Part shown: positions 8,949 through 17,898 of the stretch, in pieces | Layout: every line of letters begins with the position of its first letter | Position numbering within the stretch: position 1 is the first letter of the stretch | Assembly (NCBI GenBank): GCA_002238855.1 | Contig: MPND01000006.1 | Coordinates: forward strand, 35,943-99,942 | Direction: 5' to 3' | DNA from: SAR202 cluster bacterium bin90 | Lineage (GTDB): Bacteria; Chloroflexota; Dehalococcoidia; Lucifugimonadales; JADFKI01 | DNA length: 64,000 nt | Notes under the pieces: generated by a model | The model's database searches: none | The model's input: the letters and a program-made list of their open reading frames with translations, nothing else | Told to the model about the DNA's origin: nothing | Program-made: the position numbers and the translations under genes

Positions 8949-9794
8949 CTAACCTTCACGTCTCGCAGCCATGATGATGTGGCTGCCACTGTCGGCAAGC
9001 CCCGGTTTGCAGTTCATCAAACGTTCGAGGCTAACTGCGGTAGCCCAGGCTTGCGCGTCGTCATAGACGTCATCTAGGGCAGCCGACCCCTCAGAAGTTG
9101 TCACATTACTGCCTGCCAATTCCAGTACCGAACAGTCCGGTAACAAGTGACGCAGTTCCTCGCTGGTGAACATGTGCATAGGTGGATGTTGCATATTTAC
9201 TCTGGGTGAAGGGAATCCGGGATTGTCACCAGAATCCGCAAGCTGACGGACATGCCACTCTTCCGGTTCTTTGAGAACAGTCAGCGTTGGTCGGCGAACC
9301 AGATTGGCAATGTTGCCGTAACGACTCATAACGCTTATCAATAGCGTGCCTCCAGGTCGGACGACTCGAACAAGTTCAGATGCTGCCTGATGGCGGCATT
9401 CACATACATAAGATAACGCTCCGCCATAGCAGATAACGACATCGAAGTGACTATCGGGAAACATCGACAGGTCGGCAATGTCCGCAAGCACAAAGGCATC
9501 AACTCGTTCGAGGAGGCGCGCCTCTCCGACTTTCTCCTTCGCAAGCTGAAGCTGACGCCCCGATATGTCAAGGGCAGTGACCGTTGCGCCCATTTGGGCT
9601 GTTGCAGTGGTGAACCTACCCGGTCCGCAACCTGCATCGAGAACTCTATCCGCTCGGCTCACATAGCGTTCTATGAAGTCTGAGTGGATTATGGCTTGAA
9701 GACGTCCGTAAGGCGTGGTTTCAAGCCTATCCCATTCGAGGCTTCCATACGCGTCATAGAACTCCCCAGCATAGTCGGAATCGTACATGCTCAA
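8949..9794 (-). CDS. Class I SAM-dependent methyltransferase
   Basis: Motif I VLDAGCGPGRFT and motif II-like FDVVICYGGALSY. Confidence 0.8.
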   Translation of the reverse strand: MSMYDSDYAGEFYDAYGSLEWDRLETTPYGRLQAIIHSDFIERYVSRADRVLDAGCGPGRFTTATAQMGATVTALDISGRQLQLAKEKVGEARLLERVDAFVLADIADLSMFPDSHFDVVICYGGALSYVCECRHQAASELVRVVRPGGTLLISVMSRYGNIANLVRRPTLTVLKEPEEWHVRQLADSGDNPGFPSPRVNMQHPPMHMFTSEELRHLLPDCSVLELAGSNVTTSEGSAALDDVYDDAQAWATAVSLERLMNCKPGLADSGSHIIMAARREG

Positions 9795-9893
9795 ATGTAG
9801 GTCTCCAGGCAGCGTAGTTTTCTCAGCAGGGGAACATAAGGGTCAGAATCCCCAAAAGGATGAGCTTGAACGGGAATATGAAGGAGACTATGG

Positions 9894-10493
9894 TTACACA
9901 CCCACAGCCGAGCTATCGCCCTGCATCTCCTCCCACTCGTCCCGCAGAATCTCCATCTGGATGAACTCCAGCCCGCGGCGGCGTGTCTGCTTGACCTGCC
10001 GGAAGCCCGACTTGCCGAACGACTTCTGCGCGCGATGGTTCCAGTCGAGCGTGTGCAGGTAAACCCGCTTCATGTTCGTGTCCGTGAAGATATACTTCAC
10101 AAGCGTGTCCACCGCGTCAGTGCCGTAGCCCTTGCTCCAGTAGGCGCGGTCGCCGATCATTATGCCCAGTTCGGTCTCGCCCCGCCGCGTGTCGATGTCG
10201 TAGTACATGCAATTGCCGATGTGCTTGCCTGTAAGGTCATCGATGGCAAAACGCTTCGACCGCGAACTGGGATAGTCAATCTCCTCCTGCGAGTACCGCA
10301 GAAAGTCGTTGTACGCCATGTTCAGCGGGCGTGTAGCATCCAGCCTCGCAAGCTCCTCGTCCACGCGCCAGGTGTAGTCATCGAGAGCATCTTCAATGCG
10401 TTTCTCTCGAAGCACCACCTTCCTGCCCTCAAGCGAGATGGGATCAGCCGGCTCGGGCTTTCTTCGAGATAATGTGAAGGGCATTCTTAACAA
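9894..10493 (-). CDS. GNAT family N-acetyltransferase (RimJ/RimL-like)
   Basis: ELGIMIGDRAYWSKGYGTDAVDTLVKYIF and RAQKSFGKSGF motifs. The 5' end overlaps the upstream NUDIX gene by about 40-50 nt, so the start is uncertain. Confidence 0.75.
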   Translation of the reverse strand: MLRMPFTLSRRKPEPADPISLEGRKVVLREKRIEDALDDYTWRVDEELARLDATRPLNMAYNDFLRYSQEEIDYPSSRSKRFAIDDLTGKHIGNCMYYDIDTRRGETELGIMIGDRAYWSKGYGTDAVDTLVKYIFTDTNMKRVYLHTLDWNHRAQKSFGKSGFRQVKQTRRRGLEFIQMEILRDEWEEMQGDSSAVGV

Positions 10494-10914
10494 CTTTGAC
10501 CTCGTTATCGTAAGTCAGCGTTCTAATGGCTTCCGTCGCGGAAAGCCAGCGCACATAGTCGAACTCATGGTCATGGAGCGACAGGTCTCCGCCATTCGCG
10601 CTCATCAGGTAGAAGTACACCACCTTGTGACAGTCCGCGCCATCGCCATACCGCTCGAAGCAGTATTCAATGCTCTGGACGAACTCGTCAATGCTGACCT
10701 CCAGGCCCGTCTCTTCCGTTACCTCTCTCACGGCGGTCTGCTCTCGCGTCTCGCCGTCCTCGGGCGTGCCCTTCGGCAAACCCCAGATGACATGACCGGG
10801 TTGGGCGTCGAAACCGCAGACTACGATCTCCACATCATCCCCGCGCGCCCTTGCCACCACGCCGCCCATGGACTCCAATTCAATCAGATCAGCCAATACA
10901 CCGCTCCATCCCAT
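10444..10914 (-). CDS. NUDIX hydrolase
   Basis: Nudix box GLPKGTPEDGETREQTAVREVTEETGL. Confidence 0.8.
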   Translation of the reverse strand: MGWSGVLADLIELESMGGVVARARGDDVEIVVCGFDAQPGHVIWGLPKGTPEDGETREQTAVREVTEETGLEVSIDEFVQSIEYCFERYGDGADCHKVVYFYLMSANGGDLSLHDHEFDYVRWLSATEAIRTLTYDNEVKVVKNALHIISKKARAG

Positions 10915-11075
10915 CGCGGCACAATCGGCTCAAGCCGCGCTATGGGTGTTTCGCCGCTATTCTATTGGCTTGCGAGAAAGGGCGTCAAGGCGCGGTAGGT
11001 AGGCTTACGGGCATAATCAAGATTGACGGGACATATTCAGTGGGCACAATCTGTTCGAAATTCTGAAAGTATCGC

Positions 11076-11105
11076 TTGAAGCATCTCTGCCTTTCCCTGT
11101 ACAAT
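11076..11105 (+). promoter_or_regulatory. Putative sigma-70-type promoter of the pyr operon
   Basis: TTGAAG (11076..11081), an 18-nt spacer, then TACAAT (11100..11105), located about 25 nt upstream of the PyrR-binding leader. Confidence 0.4.
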
Positions 11106-11127
11106 AATCGCAACAATTTGATAGCTA

Positions 11128-11809
<682 letters not shown>

Positions 11810-11810
<1 letters not shown>

Positions 11811-12841
11811 TGACGACTGCCAGCCGCCGCGGACCCGTAAGGCAAGCGCCACCTGCACCCACGAACGGCGCCCGACCTTCAGCGCCCCGCCACATCCTCG
11901 ACCTCGACGACTTCTCACGCGAAGAAATCGAGATGGTCCTGCAGAACACCGAGGTGATGCGTGAAGTCCTGCAGCGCGACATCAAGAAAGTTCCCACCCT
12001 GCGCGGCAAGACGGTCATCACCGTCTTCTACGAAGCAAGCACGCGCACCCGCGTCTCATTCGAGCAGGCAGGCAAGATTCTCAGCGCGGATGTCATCAAC
12101 GTCTCCGGCAGCGGCAGTAGCGTGGAAAAGGGCGAGTCCCTCTACAACACCGCGCTAACCCTGCAAGCTATGAACGCCGACATCATAGTTGTGCGCCACC
12201 CGCACTCCGGCGCACCGCACTTCCTGTCGCGTTTCCTGGATTCCGCCGTCATCAACGCCGGCGACGGCATGCACGCGCACCCCACACAGGCGCTACTCGA
12301 CCTGTTCACCATCAAGTCACATCTCGGCAAGATCGAAGGCTTGAAGGTCGTCATAGTAGGCGACCTGCTATACAGCAGGGTGGCGCGCTCCAATCTCTGG
12401 GGCCTGACCAAAATGGGCGCCGATGTAACCCTCTGCGCACCGCCAACGCTGATTCCCCTCGACTTCCTGGGCGGCATCCGCAGCAACGGCAGCGACGCAT
12501 CCGACCATCCCTTCAGCGGCGTGAAAATTGAGACGAATGTGGAACGCGCGCTGGAGGACGCCGATGTGGTAATGGCGCTGCGCCTACAGACGGAGCGCCA
12601 GCTAGCCGGGCATCTGCCCACGCTGCGCGAGTATTCCCGGATGTACGGCATCAACCCGCGCCGCATGGAACTCGCCAAACCCAACGCGCTCGTGATGCAC
12701 CCCGGCCCCATGAACGAAGGCATCGAGATTGACCCCGAAGTGGCGCACGGCGCGCAGGCAGTCATCGAAGAGCAGGTAACAAACGGAGTCGCAGTACGAA
12801 TGGCGCTGCTCTACGCAGCCGTTACGCCCCGCGTTTCATAA
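11810..12841 (+). CDS. pyrB: Aspartate carbamoyltransferase catalytic subunit
   Basis: FYEASTRTRVSFE, HPTQALLD and ALVMHPGPMNEGIEI motifs. The ATG overlaps the pyrR stop (TGATG). Confidence 0.95.
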
Positions 12842-12846
12842 ACCAA

Positions 12847-12912
12847 TCTCCCGAGGGAGAGTGGGCTAAGGTGAGGAAGCAATCATCATTCCCGTAAAGG
12901 CGGGAATCTAGA
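12847..12912. repeat. REP-like hairpin pair (degenerate CTCCC-GA-GGGAG...GGTGAGG unit plus ATTCCCG-n6-CGGGAAT-CTAGAG unit)
   Basis: Intergenic between pyrB and the NUDIX gene. The second hairpin (12888..12907) recurs almost identically at 52238..52257. Confidence 0.6.
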
Positions 12913-12934
12913 GATACAACATCAAGGGGATAAT

Positions 12935-13318
12935 TTGAACGAAACACCACGCCAGCGAGCCACAGCAATAGTCGAGCGCGACGGTTGTATTCTGGTTGTG
13001 CGCGACAAGTTCAGGCCCGCGTTCATGCTTCCCGGCGGCGGCATCGACGAAGGCGAGTCCCCTGAAACCGCCGTGGCGCGCGAGCTGACCGAAGAGACGA
13101 CACTCACGGCAACCGCCGTTCAATACCTGTTCACACACGACGGCAAGTACAACCACCACCATGTTTTCAGCGTACAAGTAGATGGCGATGTGGACATCTC
13201 GCACGACCCGCTGGTAGTGGAATACGCCTGGTGGGACGGCGGCCCCGACGTGCCTGTACACCCGCACGTGAACGCGATCTTGGACAAGATGAAAGAGATA
13301 AGTGATGCTGCTAATTAA
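12935..13318 (+). CDS. NUDIX hydrolase (small, inserted between pyrB and pyrC)
   Basis: Nudix box LPGGGIDEGESPETAVARELTEETTL. The 3' end overlaps the pyrC start. Confidence 0.8.
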   Translation: MNETPRQRATAIVERDGCILVVRDKFRPAFMLPGGGIDEGESPETAVARELTEETTLTATAVQYLFTHDGKYNHHHVFSVQVDGDVDISHDPLVVEYAWWDGGPDVPVHPHVNAILDKMKEISDAAN

Positions 13319-14636
13319 AGGCGGACGGCTGATAGACCCATCGCAGGCCATAGACGGCATCCACGACCTGCTGATCGAGGACGGCGTGGTAAGCGGCATT
13401 GCCCAGCACATCGACCCGCCCGAGCACGCCGAGGTCATCGACGCCACCGGCATGATCGTCTCACCCGGCTTCATAGACGTACACTGCCACCTGCGCGAGC
13501 CCGGCTTCGAGGACAAGGAGACCATTGCGACCGGCACACTCGCCGCAGCGCGCGGCGGTTTCACCACCGTTTGCGCCATGCCCAACACCAACCCCACAAT
13601 GGATACAGCCGCCACGTTGGAGTACGTCCTGCGCAAGGCACGCGACGAAGCTGCAGTACGCGTCCTCCCCATCGGCTGCGTAACCAAGCAGAGCAAGGGT
13701 AAGCAGCTCGCCGAGATGGGCGAACTCGCGGAGGCGGGCGCAATCGGCTTCAGCGACGACGGCAACCCCGTCGCCGACTCCAACATCATGCGGCAGGCGC
13801 TCAGCTACAGCTCCGCGATGGGCTTGCCCATCATCAACCACTGCGAAGAGCCGGAGCTGTTTCACGGCGGCTCGATGAACGAAGGCTGGATATCCAACCG
13901 GCTCGGAGTCAAGGGCATCCCCAACTCCGCCGAGGACATCATGGTCGCCCGCGACATCGACCTCGCCCGGCTCACCGGCGGCCGCTACCATGTGGCGCAC
14001 CTCAGCACCTCCGGCGCGCTCGAACTCGTGCGCCGCGCCAAAGAGCGAGGCATGACGAATATCAGCGCCGAAGTGACACCCCACCACCTGACTCTGACCG
14101 ACGAGGCGATTCTCGGCAGAACAGCCGAAGGCATAAACGGCTCAGGAGCATACGATCCTCTGACTCCCGCAGCTTACGACACGCTAGCCAAGGTCAATCC
14201 GCCCCTGCGCGAGCAGACCGACATGGACGCGATGATCGAGGGCTTGCGAGACGGCACGATAGACCTCATCGCCACCGACCACGCGCCCCACAACCGCACC
14301 GACAAGGAATGCACCTTCCACGAAGCAGCATTCGGCATCAGCACCCTCGAAACCGCGCTCGGCCAGCTCATGTCCCTCGTCCACAGCGGCGCGATAGGAA
14401 TGCCCCTACTCATCGAGAAGCTAACCCTCGCCCCTGCCCGCTTCCTGAGCCGCAACGATCTCGGCACCCTGAAGCAGGGCGCACCCGCCGACATCACCAT
14501 CATCGACCCCAACGCCGAATGGATAGTCGACACCACCCAATTCGCCTCCAAAGGCAAGAACACCCCCCTCCAGGGCGCAACCCTGAAAGGCCGCGTCTAT
14601 GCTACGGTGGTTGCGGGAGAGGTAGTTTACCAATGA
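13302..14636 (+). CDS. pyrC: Dihydroorotase
   Basis: GFIDVHCHLREPG, MPNT, and ATDHAPH motifs of the multifunctional-type dihydroorotase. Confidence 0.95.
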   Translation: MMLLIKGGRLIDPSQAIDGIHDLLIEDGVVSGIAQHIDPPEHAEVIDATGMIVSPGFIDVHCHLREPGFEDKETIATGTLAAARGGFTTVCAMPNTNPTMDTAATLEYVLRKARDEAAVRVLPIGCVTKQSKGKQLAEMGELAEAGAIGFSDDGNPVADSNIMRQALSYSSAMGLPIINHCEEPELFHGGSMNEGWISNRLGVKGIPNSAEDIMVARDIDLARLTGGRYHVAHLSTSGALELVRRAKERGMTNISAEVTPHHLTLTDEAILGRTAEGINGSGAYDPLTPAAYDTLAKVNPPLREQTDMDAMIEGLRDGTIDLIATDHAPHNRTDKECTFHEAAFGISTLETALGQLMSLVHSGAIGMPLLIEKLTLAPARFLSRNDLGTLKQGAPADITIIDPNAEWIVDTTQFASKGKNTPLQGATLKGRVYATVVAGEVVYQ

Positions 14637-14713
14637 AGAGGCTATCAAATAAGGAAGTGCGCGAGGCTCTTGACAGGATTTATGCTAAGGAATCGTCGAA
14701 GTAAGATATAGAA

Positions 14714-15025
14714 TTGACGCAGATGCAATCGGCATCGATTCCGAAAGATGACTGGCAGTATGTTGATGAGGCCCGGTATGAATTTATAAGGAAGCAGGAA
14801 GAGATGAAGACGAATGAGTTAATAGGTAATGCCCATTTTGTTACTGACACCGACGGCAACAAGACCGCAGTACAGATAGATTATGCTGCTTGGGAAGAGT
14901 TATTGACTCTACTCGAAGACCTAGAGGACGCGGAGGAGATTAGGCGAAGCCGCGATTCAGGCGAAGAGGCGATTCCCTGGGAGCAGGCAAAGGCGGAACT
15001 GAGATCAAAGGGGATTGATGTATAG
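14714..15025 (+). CDS. Type II antitoxin (Phd/YefM- or RelB-like), partner of the RelE/ParE toxin
   Basis: C-terminal AVQIDYAAWEELLTLLEDLEDAEEIRRSRDSGEEAIPWEQAKAEL is typical of antitoxins paired with RelE/ParE toxins. It overlaps the toxin start. 23 further codons upstream (14633..14701) are in the same frame, separated by TAA 14702..14704. Confidence 0.65.
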   Translation: MTQMQSASIPKDDWQYVDEARYEFIRKQEEMKTNELIGNAHFVTDTDGNKTAVQIDYAAWEELLTLLEDLEDAEEIRRSRDSGEEAIPWEQAKAELRSKGIDV

Positions 15026-15269
15026 GGTCCTCACGATGCCTCGCGCCATCAGAGACATCGGGCGAATCCACTCACAATATACAAGACTGTTAGGCGAGCG
15101 TATCGACAGTCTCTCTGCAAATCCACGTCCACGGGGCACGAAGCGACTTCGCGGAAGAACGGACTACAGTTTGCGCGTGGGTGTCTATCGCATCCTGTAC
15201 GACATAGATGACAGAGAACGAGTTATTACCGTTCACCGTGTTCAACACCGACGAGAAGTCTATCGCTAA
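15018..15269 (+). CDS. relE: RelE/ParE family type II toxin
   Basis: ANPRPRGTKRLRGRTDYSLRVGVYRILYDIDDRERVITVHRVQHRREVY matches the RelE/ParE fold signature. AT-richer than the flanks. Confidence 0.8.
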   Translation: MYRVLTMPRAIRDIGRIHSQYTRLLGERIDSLSANPRPRGTKRLRGRTDYSLRVGVYRILYDIDDRERVITVHRVQHRREVYR

Positions 15270-15297
15270 TTTTGGAAAAATGGGAAAAGACGCTAAA

Positions 15298-16407
15298 ATG
15301 ACTAACCCCGCCCACTTAGTCCTCGAAGACGGCTCCACATACCGCGGCTACGCGTTCGGCGCGCAGGCCTCCGCATTCGGCGAGGTCGTCTTCGCCACAT
15401 CTATGACCGGCTACCAGGAAATGCTCACCGACCCGTCCTTCGCCGGGCAGATCGTCGTCCCCACATACCCGCTCATAGGCAACTACGGCATCAACTCCCG
15501 CGACATCGAATCGCGCAAGGTGCAGGTCTCCGGTTTCGTCGTGCGCGAGCACAGCCTGCGCCCCAGCCACTCATTGAGCGACATGACCCTCGACGCCTAC
15601 CTGCAATCCGAGGGCATCGCGGGCATCAGCGGCGTCGACACCCGCGCCATCACCCGCCGCCTCCGCACGCAGGGCGTCATGATGGGCGCAATCGGCGTTG
15701 ACGAGCCGCCTGAGGCCACGCTCGCCCGCCTGGAGGATATGCCCGCATACGGCGACCTAGATTTCGTACGGCAGGTCTCGACCGAGAGTGCCTATGACTG
15801 GGACAATCCCCTCTGGCAGACGCCCGCACCCGAGACAACCCGACGAGTTCTCGTCAGCGACTTCGGCCTGAAATATAACATCCTGCGCATGCTGCGCTCC
15901 CGCGGTTGCGAAGTCATCGCCATGCCAGCGACCGCAACGGCGCAGGACATCCTCGACCGCAACCCGGACGGCGTTATGCTCTCACCCGGACCCGGCGACC
16001 CTGAACTTCTCGACTATGCCGTAGAGACCACGAAAGGACTGCTAGGCAAGCTGCCCGTATTCGGCATCTGCCTCGGCAACCAGGTCGTCGGACGCGCGGT
16101 TGGCGGCAGCACCTTCAAGCTCAAGTTCGGCCATCGCGGCGCGAACCACCCGGTCAAGGACCTGCAGACCGGCCTCGTGCATATCACCTCCCAGAATCAC
16201 GGATACTCGGTCGATGCCGACACTCTGCCGCAGGAGGTCGAGGTCAGCCACATCAACCTGAACGACAACACCGTCGAGGGAATCCGCCACAAGTCACTGC
16301 CGGTAATGACCATCCAGTACCACTCAGAAGCGTCGCCCGGCCCCCTCGACAACGAGTACATGTTCGACCGCTTCATGGAGATGATCGACGATACGGAGGG
16401 CAAATAA
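15298..16407 (+). CDS. carA: Carbamoyl-phosphate synthase small (glutaminase) subunit
   Basis: LVLEDGSTYRGYAFGA, MTGYQEMLTDPSFAGQIV, GICLGNQ (catalytic Cys) and HRGANHPV. Start set at ATG 15298 (MTNPAHL). Confidence 0.95.
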   Translation: MTNPAHLVLEDGSTYRGYAFGAQASAFGEVVFATSMTGYQEMLTDPSFAGQIVVPTYPLIGNYGINSRDIESRKVQVSGFVVREHSLRPSHSLSDMTLDAYLQSEGIAGISGVDTRAITRRLRTQGVMMGAIGVDEPPEATLARLEDMPAYGDLDFVRQVSTESAYDWDNPLWQTPAPETTRRVLVSDFGLKYNILRMLRSRGCEVIAMPATATAQDILDRNPDGVMLSPGPGDPELLDYAVETTKGLLGKLPVFGICLGNQVVGRAVGGSTFKLKFGHRGANHPVKDLQTGLVHITSQNHGYSVDADTLPQEVEVSHINLNDNTVEGIRHKSLPVMTIQYHSEASPGPLDNEYMFDRFMEMIDDTEGK

Positions 16408-16410
16408 CCA

Positions 16411-17163
16411 GTGCCGAGTTTCATAACCATCGCCCATCGCGGCGCATCATCCTACGCCCCCGAGAACACCTTCGCTGCCTACGACAAGGCGCTGGCAATG
16501 GGCGTCAACCACATCGAACTCGATGTCCATCTGACCCGTGACGACCACATCGTTGTCATCCACGACGACACCGTGGACAGGACAACCGACGCTCAGGGCC
16601 GCGTGGCAGACTTCACCCTGAATGAGCTGCGCGCGCTGGACGCCGGAAGCTGGTTCAGCACTGAGTACGCGGGCGAGCGTATCCGCTCCCTCGGCGAGAC
16701 GCTGGAGCACTACAAGGGCAAGCTGCACTTCCACATCGAGATTAAGCAACGCGAAATTGCAGGCGGCCTTGCGCGCCGCACAATAGACATGGTTCGCGGA
16801 TACGGCCTGACCGACAGCGTAACCATAACCTCGTTCCAGATCGAGTGGATGAAAGAATCGGCAGCCTATGACTCAGAGCTGCCAAAGGGCTGGCTCGTAC
16901 CGATGGGCAATGTCCCCTGGGACGACTCGATCATCACGCAGTCCAAAGAACTTGGCCTCATGCAGATCTGCCCCCGCGCCGACCTGACAACTCCCGAACT
17001 GGTGGACAGACTCCACGGCGAAGGCTTCGTCGTTCGCTGCCACGGCCTGTTCAACGAAGACCTCATGCGCCACGCCGTAGATGTAGGCGCAGACGGCGCC
17101 ACCGTCAACTTCCCCGACAAGATGGCAGAGTATCTTAAAGCAAATGGTATCAGTCAACACTGA
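16411..17163 (+). CDS. Glycerophosphodiester phosphodiesterase family protein
   Basis: IAHRGASSYAPENTFAAY, ELDVHLTRDDHIVVIHDDTVDRTT and LDAGSWF motifs. GTG start. Lies between carA and carB. Confidence 0.85.
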   Translation: MPSFITIAHRGASSYAPENTFAAYDKALAMGVNHIELDVHLTRDDHIVVIHDDTVDRTTDAQGRVADFTLNELRALDAGSWFSTEYAGERIRSLGETLEHYKGKLHFHIEIKQREIAGGLARRTIDMVRGYGLTDSVTITSFQIEWMKESAAYDSELPKGWLVPMGNVPWDDSIITQSKELGLMQICPRADLTTPELVDRLHGEGFVVRCHGLFNEDLMRHAVDVGADGATVNFPDKMAEYLKANGISQH

Positions 17164-17239
17164 CGACACAACTGCAGACCTGCTACAATGATGCCAATCA
17201 TACACATCAAAATGTGATGCCGATTGAAAGTGCAGGTGA

Positions 17240-17485
17240 ATGATGCGAACCACTCTCGATATTGACAGTGCTCTCCTAGACAAGGTGGTTGACGCCACAG
17301 GAGAGAAGACGAAGAGCAAGGCAGTCAACTCTGCCCTGAAGGAATACATACGCCGGAAGCAAGTTCAAGAGTTCATCGACTCCTGGGGCAAGATAGTCGT
17401 TGATGATTACAGCAAGGAAGTTGAGGAAGCCAATAGAAAGAGGCACGAATTCCTAGACTCCATTGGAAGGGATTCTGACCGATGA
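17240..17485 (+). CDS. vapB: VapB-type antitoxin (DUF2191-like)
   Basis: MRTTLDIDSALLDKVVDATGEKTKSKAVNSALKEYIRRK is typical of the VapB/DUF2191 family. The 4-nt overlap with the PIN gene indicates an operon. Confidence 0.75.
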   Translation: MMRTTLDIDSALLDKVVDATGEKTKSKAVNSALKEYIRRKQVQEFIDSWGKIVVDDYSKEVEEANRKRHEFLDSIGRDSDR

Positions 17486-17871
17486 TTCTAGTGGAGTCTT
17501 CAGTCTTCATTCACGTACAGAAACTGCCCAACTCTAAAGAGGCCATAGAACTCGCCGCCCTGCTGACTTCAGGAGAAGTAGCAGTAACCGGTGCTGTGAT
17601 GATGGAGTGCATTCGGGTTGCCAGGTCCGCGGCAGAATTAGAATTTCTCATCGACAGCTTCTTGTCCTTTCACTACCTTGATATGGACCAGCAGACTTGG
17701 ATAATAGCTTCAAGGTTGAACAATCGTCTCCTACGCGAAGGCAATACGATGTCCGACTTTGACACTATAATCGCCGCAACCGCAATCCGGCACAATGTGC
17801 CTCTTTATACTCTCGATAAAGGATTTCAACGAGTAGCCGAACTCGCACTTTACGAACCGACACAACGCTAA
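17482..17871 (+). CDS. vapC: PIN-domain toxin VapC
   Basis: 129 aa with the spacing of conserved PIN acidic residues (N-terminal E at position 5 in place of the usual D, ...E..., DFDTIIAATA, TLD). Directly coupled to vapB. Confidence 0.75.
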   Translation: MILVESSVFIHVQKLPNSKEAIELAALLTSGEVAVTGAVMMECIRVARSAAELEFLIDSFLSFHYLDMDQQTWIIASRLNNRLLREGNTMSDFDTIIAATAIRHNVPLYTLDKGFQRVAELALYEPTQR

Positions 17872-17898
17872 GAAAAAGCAAAGAAAACAAAAGGGAAC

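Noticed and set aside
8635-8990. A possible duplication of the methyltransferase 3' end on the far side of the DUF2283 gene (CTAACCTTCACG versus CTTAACTTACACG, plus a shared GTGGCTGC).
   Set aside because: The hand alignment breaks down between the two short matching patches, and the encoded peptides are unrelated. It does not meet the standard of the three accepted cases.
14600-15297. Similarity between the pyrC C-terminus (GRVYATVVAGEVVYQ) and the RelE C-terminus (ERVITVHRVQHRREVYR), considered as another 3'-end duplication.
   Set aside because: RelE/ParE toxins commonly end in this kind of motif. The DNA-level similarity is weak, and no relic lies downstream of relE.
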